Under the pieces are notes generated by a model that had not been told where the DNA came from, did no database searches, and saw only the letters and a list, made by a program, of their open reading frames with translations. Below, piece by piece: positions 1-8,281 of a stretch of 64,000 nt of DNA; within the stretch, counting starts at the first letter, position 1, and each line of letters opens with the position of its first letter. The position numbers and the translations under genes are program-made. Source of the DNA: Eledone cirrhosa (Eukaryota); the NCBI GenBank assembly GCA_964016885.1, contig OZ024744.1:101370001-101434000 (forward strand), in the 5' to 3' direction.

Positions 1-270
1 CTTTGGAAAGATGGGTACAATGAGATTAGGTGGTGTGACCAGTAGTTTTTACAGTAGGTGATCAGTGTATAAGGTTCCCTTGAAGAAGAATCCGCCTTGG
101 TTAGAGAGTCATTTATATATATATGTATGTTCGTGTATAGAACAATGAAGACAAGACAGAAGTCAGAAGTCGGTAGTTAATTAGTTCATTGTTTTACGAT
201 CGTTTCAGAGGGTCTATTGATCGTGGAAGATCAATATATTGACTAGCATGGTAGTGGTTAGGCTACTACC

Positions 271-274
<4 letters not shown>

Positions 275-348
<74 letters not shown>
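275..348. repeat. Compound microsatellite (TC)n(TA)n
   Basis: Read directly: TC run ~275-312 followed by TA run ~313-348. Confidence 0.97.
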
Positions 349-351
<3 letters not shown>

Positions 352-600
352 ATGAAATTATTGTGTACAGTGCTCAGGTGCACTACAACTCATCAAAGGT
401 GCATGTATAGTACATAGAATAATGTACAAATGTCAGGAAAATGAACAGTGTATGAGTCATGATATAATAATAATAACAATAATGAAATATTGTGTACAGT
501 GCCCAGGTGCACCACAACTCATCAAAAAAGTCACATGTACAGTACATAGGGCAATGCACAAACATCAGCAAAATGAACAGTGCACGAGTCATGATACACA
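348..600. repeat. Diverged direct tandem duplication, two ~125-bp copies
   Basis: aataatgaaa(t)tattgtgtacagtgc.caggtgcac.acaactcatcaaa...aaaatgaacagtg.a.gagtcatgata occurs at ~348-467 and ~478-600. Confidence 0.85.
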
Positions 601-671
601 CATGTGTGCATGTGTATGGAAGGGGTACATCAGGTGTAGTTTTGGCGTATATATATATATATATATATATA

Positions 672-1060
672 TGAAGCTTGCATGCTCCGCTGGATGTGTA
701 ATAGTAACATACATGAACGGCAAAGCATAAACGAACTAAGGAAAAAATTAGAAATAAGAGGGATCAGATGTTGTTTACTCGAGAGAAGGCTACGTTGGTA
801 TGGTCACGTGATGCGCATGAAAGACAGCTGTATAACAAAGTGCAGGGCAATAAAGATAGACGGTAGCCACGGAGTAGGCAGACCCAGAAAAACCTGGGAC
901 GACTTGATAAATTCCGACCTCACACACTTACACCTCTCCTAGACAATGTCACTGGACCGAGAGCTTTGGCGGTACTCAGTAATAGAGAAGACCCGCCTTA
1001 CCTAAATACAAAGTAAAACCTACTACAGTCAGTAGGCATCTCTAACAAAATACACCCGTC
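672..1060 (+). mobile_element. RTE-clade LINE fragment (C-terminal end of ORF, decayed)
   Basis: Translates MLRWMCN...RRLRWYGHVMRM...GRPRKTWDD, the typical RTE C-terminus; near-identical to 6352-6740. Starts immediately after a (TA)n tract; no tail. Confidence 0.88.
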
Positions 1061-1097
1061 CATGGATCTCGGGAATTTTACCCGCCTTAGATATATA

Positions 1098-1337
1098 TCA
1101 TCATCAACATTGTTTAACGTCTATCTTCTAGGCTAGCATGGGTTAGATGGGTTTGTCCCATTTGAGGCAAGTTCGGTCAGGTGACCGTGTCTCGCTTGTA
1201 TAGGACTGATTCTGATTGGTTTTCTATGGCTGGATGGCCTTCCTAATGCCAACCTCATTTACAATGTGTGCTAGGTGCTTTTTGTTGTGACACCTACACA
1301 ACCACTTTATAGTGTGGACTGGATGTTTTGTGGTACC
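1098..1337 (-). mobile_element. RTE LINE 3'UTR and (GAT)n tail, left half of a copy split by the LTR element
   Basis: Reverse complement matches the RTE 3' ends at 6800-7061 and 10640-10916 (plus strand ggatggccttcctaatgccaacc; tcatcatca tail at ~1098-1106). Contains about two reversed 48-bp units at ~1250-1337. Confidence 0.85.
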
Positions 1338-1644
1338 TGTAGTTAGAAAAAGCTATCTCACTTACCGCTTTTCACAGGCGCCGCTAAATTCCACTGCAGG
1401 TACTCCTCTTCCACGTGCGTCCGACTGCTTAACACCGGGAGCTGCCCAAAACTCGCGTCCACACCGTGTGCTGGTCACCACTAGAGAGAGGCCCTCTCCT
1501 GGCCCTTCCGGTCGAGCATCCTTCCGGTCAAAGACCCCTTCCGGTCGAGCACTCAAAAACCCCTTCCGGTCGAGCACTCAAAAACCCCTTCCGGTCAAGC
1601 ACTCCACCCCGCCTCCGGCCACCGCACGCCACACCATACCCCCC
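1338..1644 (-). repeat. 3' LTR (307 bp)
   Basis: Aligns without gaps to 5297-5603 with 8 mismatches by my count, 2 of them at the inner terminus (ACA read as CCC). Contains about 5 internal copies of ccttccggtcga/aa. A G-run (PPT) precedes it on the minus strand at 1645-1650. Confidence 0.95.
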
Positions 1645-1654
1645 CCCCCCGATT

Positions 1655-2530
1655 TCAAGGATCAATTTCCCCCTCGTCCCTCTGCATATGAAAGTCTGCT
1701 GTCCAGGTCGGTGGTCTACGACTTCGTTGCGATCTTCGTAGTATTGGGGCAGGGCTCTGGGTTTCCACCTCATCTTGGGTTTCCTCTTCCTCGGAGTCCG
1801 TCGATACAGTGATTCTTCTTACATCCAGGACATGACGTGGTACCCCGTCCACTGACTCATTGTTCTTTGAATTTACGGCCGTCACCGTTCCCCTTCCCCA
1901 TTGAGATGTGCACCGTGCATCTGGGGGCTTAACCCAGACTTCTTCGCCCACCTGCACGAATGCACTCTCTCTCCCCACTGGCCGTTGTGGTGGCGTGCAC
2001 GGGTGCCGCCACTCGTATTTGAATACAGCTCTGTGTGGCACCGATTCCTCGACCTGTCCAACCCGAGGAGACATATTGTACCAGAACACTGCCTCCATTG
2101 GTTTGATATGGCCCCGCTCCGCCATTGCCTTGATCGTCCGGTGGTGTCGCTCCACGATTCCATTCCCGCTCGGCCTGTGCGCCGCTCTGAAGAAACGGTC
2201 CACCTTCCACCCATCGAGCATCTCCCTCAGTGCCTCCGAGCGGAACGCTGCGCTGTTGTCCATCAGCAGTTCGTCCACAGGGCCCCGCTCCAAGAACACC
2301 TCTCTCAACGTCCGCACGATTTCCTCGGCCGTTCCAGTCTTCATCTCCCTCCATATCGCCATTTGACCTGGTCCACAGTCGACCATCGAGAGGTACGTTC
2401 CCTGCCGGTAGTGCGTCACATCCACCGCTAATCGCTTCCAGCCGCGATCCACCGGGAGGCTTCCCGTTTCGTGTACACCCGGGGCGGTATCAATGGACTG
2501 ACATCGGACGGAGCCTCTAACCCCCCTCCC
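1655..2530 (-). CDS. Integrase part of pol (separated from RT/RNaseH by a frameshift in a G-run at ~2521-2531)
   Basis: DDE core: RLAVDVTHY, LLMDNSAAF, GNGIVERHHRTIK. The frame extends upstream of the annotated GTG as VRGSVRCQSID, the second half of the HHCC finger with the first Cys read as Ser. Confidence 0.9.
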   Translation of the reverse strand, partial: GRGVRGSVRCQSIDTAPGVHETGSLPVDRGWKRLAVDVTHYRQGTYLSMVDCGPGQMAIWREMKTGTAEEIVRTLREVFLERGPVDELLMDNSAAFRSEALREMLDGWKVDRFFRAAHRPSGNGIVERHHRTIKAMAERGHIKPMEAVFWYNMSPRVGQVEESVPHRAVFKYEWRHPCTPPQRPVGRESAFVQVGEEVWVKPPDARCTSQWGRGTVTAVNSKNNESVDGVPRHVLDVRRITVSTDSEEEETQDEVETQSPAPILRRSQRSRRPPTWTADFHMQRDEGEIDP

Positions 2531-4542
2531 CGAACACTGTGTCTGCTAACGTCCGAGTCGATTCTCCTGGCTAGGAACAGGCTCCTATCCACCCCCATGT
2601 GGTGCATGTCATGTAACCCCTTCAGGTCTAACTCGGTCAGCCGACACACGGCAGCTATCTCATCCTCTACCTCCTCCGGCGCTTCCATCCAGGCTTTCTT
2701 CACTCTAGTTAAGATGTCCGCCCTATTTTTCTCTGAGGGCACTAACACTACGCTCAGCTTCAGGTCGAACTCGGTGGCCAGCTCTCCTAACGTTCCCAGG
2801 CGGTGCTTTATCAGCATCTCCGCCGCGCCTCTCGTTCGCACTCTCTTCTCACTGGTGAGCACTGATCTTACCCATCCGAGTACGGTAGCCGAGTCGGTGC
2901 GTATCTCGATGGTGCGCAGCCCCCACCGCAGGGCGAGGTTCATCCCTCTCAACACCGCGTCCAGCTCGGCCACATTGATGTGGCTGCAGTTGTCCTTCTT
3001 TCTAAGCCAGGCTGCATCCTCGACTTCAACACCTCCTATCTCCAACGTGACACCCAGCGCTATGCTGCTGGCATCGCACCATACGGTCCCGCTCTGTGAT
3101 TTGGGAACATACCAGCATCCCCGCACTGGGTCATCGGCCTTCACCCTCCCCACGATCTCCTGCATCATGGCCGCCGTTCTCTCTCCCACTCTGTCACTCC
3201 AAGTCACCCCTCCCGCTCGTCTCTTGACATAGCTGCATGCCGTCCGGAGCCACCCAGCGATCGGGTAGTGACCCACCAGCTTTCCACACACTGAGAAAAG
3301 CTCCCGCCTATTCATACTTGGGCCCAGTTCCGGAACTTCGTTTCCCTTCTGGAACACCAAAACGCCCGTCTTATCTCGCCGTAGCCTAAGTCCCAGCGCG
3401 GCTCCTCCCTCCAATGCTTCTGATGGCTTCGCAGTCAGTCCATACCTCCGCAAATGGCTCGTGATCTCTGCCGTCGACACCACCGACTCGTCCACTAGGA
3501 TGTCGTCAATGTAGGAGTTAGTAGCCCTCTTTATCTTGTCGGCCCTCCCCAGAGTGGTCTTGAGGACCGCCGCCATGATCTTCGGTGTGGAGCTCAGCCC
3601 GAAACCGAGCCTGGTCAGGCAATATGTCCGGCCCTTATACCTGACCAGCTGATACCGCCAGAGCTTCTCATCTATATGCAACTGCAAGTAAGCCGACTTT
3701 AGATCCACGATCGCTGAACCCCCCGTCATGCGTCTCCACTCACGCAGGGTTTCCCCACAGACATCCGTAACCTCGCCGCCCGTGTGGCATGACACGTGCT
3801 CGTTCAGCTCTCGATAGTCCAGCACCGGCCTCACCTTGCTCTTCGTGGGTTGCACCACCGCCATCAACGGCAATACTCCGCACTTCACCTCCTCCTTCCA
3901 GGGAAGCAGTATGCCCTCTTCGATCAATCTCTCTACTTCTCGCTTGAACTCGCCCCTAGCGTTTCCCTTCAATGTGTGTTGATAGCAGCCCACTTTGGTC
4001 TTCAGTGTTGGTGGTTCTCCCTTCCAGTACCACTCAACAACCCATCGCTGCCCATCAAACACGGCCTTGAAGTCCTTGTCCTGTACAGTGTAAGCGGGGT
4101 ATTGCTCCTCGTGGGCCTTCTGGTTCTCATGACGTGCACTCACAGCGCATACCGATGCAGCGGCGCCAAACGACACACCGACATTGTCCACCGTGACGCC
4201 CCCTAGACGGCCAATCGCGTCCATGCCCATAACCACGCCGATCCCATCCACCACACTGTCTACCACGATGGCGGAAAGCCTTATCCTCCTTCCCCGTACC
4301 GCTATTTCCATCTCGTTGCGACCTCGGCATTCAATTTTCCTGCCGTCGACTGCCCTTATGCTGCTCTTCCCTCCCCACCTCTGCGCCACCCCCGCGGTCA
4401 CCAGTGTCGTCGTACAGCCCGTGTCCACGAGGGCTCGCTGTGGCTTCCCCCTCACGAAGACTTCCACCACGGGCAGCACTGCTACTCGTAAGGGGCAACT
4501 ACCGGCGCAGTAGTTCCCCTTGGACCGTTTCCCTGGTCGCAA
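2428..4542 (-). CDS. pol: Pol: aspartic protease, reverse transcriptase, RNase H, start of integrase zinc finger
   Basis: ALVDTGCTT (protease); VLDYRELN, VDLKSAY, LGFGLSS, YIDDILV (RT); WCDAS, HINVAELDAV, RTDS, NRADILTR (RNase H); HDMHHMG (IN HH). The real entry point is probably the -1 frameshift at 4527-4533, and the last ~30 aa are out of frame. Confidence 0.93.
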   Translation of the reverse strand: MRPGKRSKGNYCAGSCPLRVAVLPVVEVFVRGKPQRALVDTGCTTTLVTAGVAQRWGGKSSIRAVDGRKIECRGRNEMEIAVRGRRIRLSAIVVDSVVDGIGVVMGMDAIGRLGGVTVDNVGVSFGAAASVCAVSARHENQKAHEEQYPAYTVQDKDFKAVFDGQRWVVEWYWKGEPPTLKTKVGCYQHTLKGNARGEFKREVERLIEEGILLPWKEEVKCGVLPLMAVVQPTKSKVRPVLDYRELNEHVSCHTGGEVTDVCGETLREWRRMTGGSAIVDLKSAYLQLHIDEKLWRYQLVRYKGRTYCLTRLGFGLSSTPKIMAAVLKTTLGRADKIKRATNSYIDDILVDESVVSTAEITSHLRRYGLTAKPSEALEGGAALGLRLRRDKTGVLVFQKGNEVPELGPSMNRRELFSVCGKLVGHYPIAGWLRTACSYVKRRAGGVTWSDRVGERTAAMMQEIVGRVKADDPVRGCWYVPKSQSGTVWCDASSIALGVTLEIGGVEVEDAAWLRKKDNCSHINVAELDAVLRGMNLALRWGLRTIEIRTDSATVLGWVRSVLTSEKRVRTRGAAEMLIKHRLGTLGELATEFDLKLSVVLVPSEKNRADILTRVKKAWMEAPEEVEDEIAAVCRLTELDLKGLHDMHHMGVDRSLFLARRIDSDVSRHSVRGGGLEAPSDVSPLIPPRVYTKREASRWIAAGSD

Positions 4543-5231
4543 TTAGTAGCGATGTGGCCTGGTCGCTTACACCTGTAGCAAATTATATCCGGCTTCAACT
4601 CTCTACAGTCTCTAGCCATATGCGGGCCGTGACACCTAAAACAGCGTCCCCTAAATTCTCGCGGACGGCCGCATGCCGAGGTTGCCTCCCTTTGACCATT
4701 TCGCTGCCAGGTGTCCTGAGCCTCCGTAGTCGCTATCGGCGCGACACTCTTTTTGGCATCTTCCGCTATGATCCGGGCTTGTTCCACCTGTGAACGCATT
4801 TCCATCTCCTTGTACCCTGGGACTTGCTGCAGTTTCACCGCTATGTCGTCCGGAAATCCATTGATGAATGCCAACCGCACCGTGCGTTCGCATTCCGCCT
4901 GGTAGCCCGCCAACATAGCCAACCGCCTTATTTCCGCTGCGAAAATGTCGACGCGCTCACCATTCCACCTGATTCTCGCCAGCTTAGCAAAAGCCGCCAA
5001 CGGTCCCTCGGCGAATGCATCCATCAGACGCCTCTCAATCTTCTGCACATCTCTTTGGCTGTGCTCGTCCAACTCAAGGAAGAGTACCAACGCGTCGCCC
5101 TCGAGGTACAATGCAATGAGACCGGCCATGTCTTCTATCTTCTGCAGCCGAACCTTCCGCAGCCAAGTGACAGCATCACCTTCCCCAGTGAATGGCCTGA
5201 TAGCTTCGTTCATCCGTAGTCTTGTCGCCAT
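4482..5231 (-). CDS. gag: Gag-like protein (249 aa) with two C-terminal zinc knuckles
   Basis: ATG-initiated ORF just downstream of the 5' LTR; CFRCHGPHMARDC (CX2CX3HX4C) and CYRCKRPGHIATNC (CX2CX4HX4C). Confidence 0.9.
   Translation of the reverse strand: MATRLRMNEAIRPFTGEGDAVTWLRKVRLQKIEDMAGLIALYLEGDALVLFLELDEHSQRDVQKIERRLMDAFAEGPLAAFAKLARIRWNGERVDIFAAEIRRLAMLAGYQAECERTVRLAFINGFPDDIAVKLQQVPGYKEMEMRSQVEQARIIAEDAKKSVAPIATTEAQDTWQRNGQREATSACGRPREFRGRCFRCHGPHMARDCRELKPDIICYRCKRPGHIATNCDQGNGPRGTTAPVVAPYE
4490..4533 (-). promoter_or_regulatory. -1 programmed ribosomal frameshift signal (G GGA AAC plus stem-loop)
   Basis: Slippery heptamer GGGAAAC at 4533-4527 is in the correct gag phase (CAG GGA AAC), and pol is -1 relative to gag. 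After a 5-nt spacer AAGGGGAACTAC pairs with GTAGTT(G)CCCCTT (4521-4490). Confidence 0.85.
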
Positions 5232-5284
5232 CTTCTGATTTGTTTTGCGGCAAGTGTTTTCTTTTTTTTTTTTTTTTTCCAGTC

Positions 5285-5296
5285 GCCGAAATAGCT
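5285..5296 (-). promoter_or_regulatory. Putative non-canonical primer-binding site (AGCTATTTCGGC)
   Basis: Abuts the 5' LTR. The plus strand reads GCCGAAATAGCT, which is nt 1-12 of metazoan tRNA-Phe(GAA) as I recall it. No TGG-initiated PBS is present. Confidence 0.55.
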
Positions 5297-5603
5297 TGTG
5301 GTTAGAAAAAGCTATCTCACTTACCGCTTTTCACAGGCGCTGCTAAATTCCACTGCAGGTACTCCTCTTCCACGTGCGTCCGACTGCTTAACACCGGGAG
5401 CTGCCCAAAACTCGCGTCCACACCGTATGCTGGTCACCACTAGAGAGAGGCCCTCTCCTGGCCCTTCCGGTCGAGCATCCTTCCGGTCAAAGACCCCTTC
5501 CGGTCGAGCACTCAAAAGCCCCTTCCGGTCGAGCACTCAAAAACCCCTTCCGGTCGAGCACTCCCCCCCGCCTCCGGCCACCGCACGCCACACCATACCC
5601 ACA
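5297..5603 (-). repeat. 5' LTR (307 bp)
   Basis: TGT...ACA termini; direct repeat of 1338-1644; followed by TSD GTACC. Confidence 0.96.
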
Positions 5604-5887
5604 GTACCAACATAACTTAACAGAGTAAGGGTGGTGTGGGCGGAAGTGCGAAGGAGGTGTAGAGGTGTGAGTGTGTGGGGTCTATATTGGATTAAGAGAT
5701 GCCTACTGAGTATAAGTTTAAGTTCATGCGCAAGGGAAGGCGGGTCTTTTATATTACTGCATAGCAGCAAAGATCTTGATCCTGTGTCATTGTCTTAGGG
5801 AGGTGCAAGTGTGCAAGGTCAGTTTTTATCACCTCATCCCAGGTCTTTCTGGGTCTACCTACTTCATAGCTTCCATCAATTTTGATC
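5604..5887 (-). mobile_element. RTE LINE fragment, right half of the copy split by the LTR element
   Basis: Minus strand translates KIDGSYEVGRPRKTWDEVIKTDLAHLHL, then tcagtaggcatctctt as at the other RTE ORF ends. It is colinear with 1337-1098 once the LTR element is removed, and its 5' truncation abuts (TA)n. Confidence 0.88.
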
Positions 5888-5932
5888 TATATATTTGATA
5901 TATATATGCCTATATAAATATATATATATATA

Positions 5933-7058
5933 GAAATTCCATTTTATGTCCCAAATGCAAAGTATGGGTACATAAAAAATGTAGTGGGATCACAGGTAAA
6001 CTATCTAAGAACGTAGACTTTATATGTGGCCAATGCTCAGGTGCAATAAGTAGCAAGTGTCCAAAGGATACTAACTCCTTCTATTGCCCAGATGGTTCTA
6101 TAGAAATAGTAGACACTTTCCGTTACCTAGGTGACGAAATCAGCAGTGGTAGAGGGTGCTCTGAAAGTACTGTAGCCAGAGTCAAAACGGGATGGAAAAA
6201 GTTCAGAGAGCTTATACCACTATTGGCCGCTAAAGGTTTCTCTCTAAAAATGAAAGGCAGATTGTATGATACCTGTATACAAACAGCAATACTACATGGC
6301 AGTGGGACATGGGCATTGTGTGCAGAGGAACTGCATAGATTGGAAGGGAACGAAGCATGCATGCTCCGTTGGATGTGTAATAGTAATATACGTGAACGGC
6401 AAAGCATAAATGAACTAAGTGAGAAATTAGGAATAACAGGGATCAGATGCTGTTTACTTGAGAGATGTCTACGTTGGTATGGTCACGTGATGCGCATGAA
6501 AGACGACAGCTGCATAAAAAAGTGCAGGGTGATCAAAATTGATGGTAGTTACGGAGTAGGTAGACCCAGAAAAACCTGGGATGATCTGATAAATTCTGAC
6601 CTCACACACTTACATCTCTCTAAGACAATGTCTCTGGACCGAGACCTTTGGCGCTACGCAGTAATACAGAAGACCCGCCTTGCCTATGTACAAAGCGAAA
6701 CCTACAGTCAGTAGGCACCTCTTAACCAAATATACACCCCAATCCACTACCCCTACCCTATCCTCCCATCCCACCAACAGCACGAGAAAATGAGATCGAG
6801 TTTGTGTAGGTGTCACGACAAAAAATACACACACAGTCCACGCTGTAATGTGGCCGTGTAGGTAACACGGTAAAAAGTTCCCAATTCCACACTGTAAATA
6901 TGGTTGGTGTTAGGAAGAGCATCCAGCTGTAGAAAACCTGCCAGATAGTCCTATATGAGCGAGACACGGTCACCCAACCAGCCTTGCCTCAAGTGGGACA
7001 ACTCCCATCTAACCCATGGTAGCGTGCGTGGAAAACGGACGTTAAACGAAGATGATGA

Positions 7059-7061
<3 letters not shown>
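5933..7061 (+). mobile_element. 5'-truncated RTE LINE with 3'UTR and (GAT)n tail
   Basis: Starts at NSILCPKCKVWVHKKCSG; ORF 6223-6714 is the RTE C-terminus; two degenerate 48-bp units at ~6800-6905; ggtgttaggaagagcatccagctgtagaaa; GATGATGATG tail. (TA)n on both sides. Confidence 0.92.
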
Positions 7062-7117
<56 letters not shown>

Positions 7118-7127
7118 TATATATATA
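7061..7127. repeat. (TA)n microsatellite
   Basis: Read directly. Confidence 0.97.
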
Positions 7128-7184
7128 TTTCGTTTCTGAATTTGTTTAGCAAGATTCTTTATCTGAAAACGCGTGTTGAAACCA

Positions 7185-7455
7185 ATATTGTTATACTTTG
7201 GGAGGGTCATGTTGCCAATAAGAAACATACGCACCAGTTGCTTTCACTCCAAAACAAAGCGAAGAATCCCCAGTCACTGAAGAGGTCACAGAATGTGTGA
7301 CGAACGAACTTTGACAATATATGAACAACCGTCCGGTTGTGGAACCAACCAACCAACCGGAAATTTATAAATTTAATTTATAATAAATTGGAGTGAAAGC
7401 AACTGGTGCGTGTGTTTCTTATTGGCAACATGACCCTCCCAAAGTATAACAATAT
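7185..7455. mobile_element. Short foldback / MITE-like element with 68-bp terminal inverted repeats
   Basis: 7185-7252 is the reverse complement of 7388-7455 with one mismatch; 135-bp non-coding spacer; TA flanks if the termini are taken as 7188 and 7452. Confidence 0.8.
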
Positions 7456-7471
7456 ATATATTCATATATAT

Positions 7472-8281
7472 ATATAGGGGAGCAGTCAGCAAAGTTAGGA
7501 TTAGCAATGACTATCGAGGAATTTAGCGTACAAGTCGGTGTCCACCAGGGCTCTGTTCTTAGCCCTCTCCTGTTCATCATAGTTCTGCAGGCAATAATGG
7601 AGGAGTTTAAAACCGGTTGCCCATGGGAACTCCTGTATGCAGATGACCCCGCACTTACAGCTGAATCTATGGTAGAACTAGAGAAGAAAGGAACTAGAAA
7701 AGCAGAGACTAGAAAGAAAGGGTCTCAAAGTCAACCCGACAAAGACTAAGGTCCTTGTAAGTAGACGAGAAAACAGAACCCAGATCCCCTCAGGGAAATG
7801 GCCTTGCTCAGTATGTAGGAAAGGTGTAGGTAGGAACTCCATTCTCTGCCGCAAATGCAAACAATGGGTACACAAGTGATGTAGCGGGATCTCAGGAAAC
7901 TTAACTAAGAATGTAGGCTTCACATGTAGCAGCTGTGCTGGGACTGCAAGCTGCAAACAGCCACAGGAAACAAGTACCACCAAACTCTGGGAAGGCTCTG
8001 TAGAAACAGTAGACAGCTTCTGTTACCTAGGTGACCGAATTAACAGCGGAGGTGGGTGTTTGGAAAGTACAATAACTAGGGTAAGAACGGGATGGAAGAA
8101 GTTCAGGGAGCTACTGCCACTGCTAGCTGCAAAAGGTTTTTCCCTCAAAATGAAAGGCAAACTGTATGATGCGTGTATACGAACAGTAATGTTACATGGT
8201 AGTGAGAGCTGGGCGCTGAAGGTGGAAGACTTACGTAGATTAGAAAGAAACAAAGCCTGGATTCTCTGATGGATGTGTAAT
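7472..8281 (+). mobile_element. Internal RTE LINE fragment (RT region, decayed)
   Basis: GVHQGSVLSPLLF and LLYADDP motifs; close paralogue of 9470-10285 with frameshifts and stops; begins in a (TA)n tract. Confidence 0.92.

Larger units (their letters stand above)
1338..5603 (-). mobile_element. Full-length compact Gypsy/Metaviridae-type LTR retrotransposon (4,266 bp)
   Basis: Direct LTRs at 1338-1644 and 5297-5603, outer termini TGT...ACA, 5-bp TSD GTACC (1333-1337 and 5604-5608). Domain order gag-PR-RT-RNaseH-IN on the minus strand. Confidence 0.96.

Noticed and set aside
383-730. Short ORFs over the 125-bp duplication and TA tracts
   Set aside because: Low-complexity translations (YIYIYI) with no coding signal.
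1312-5615. Plus-strand ORFs over the LTR element (1312-1812, 1901-2431, 2471-3232, 5298-5615 and others)
   Set aside because: Antisense shadows of GC-rich gag/pol and LTR sequence, with no recognisable motifs.
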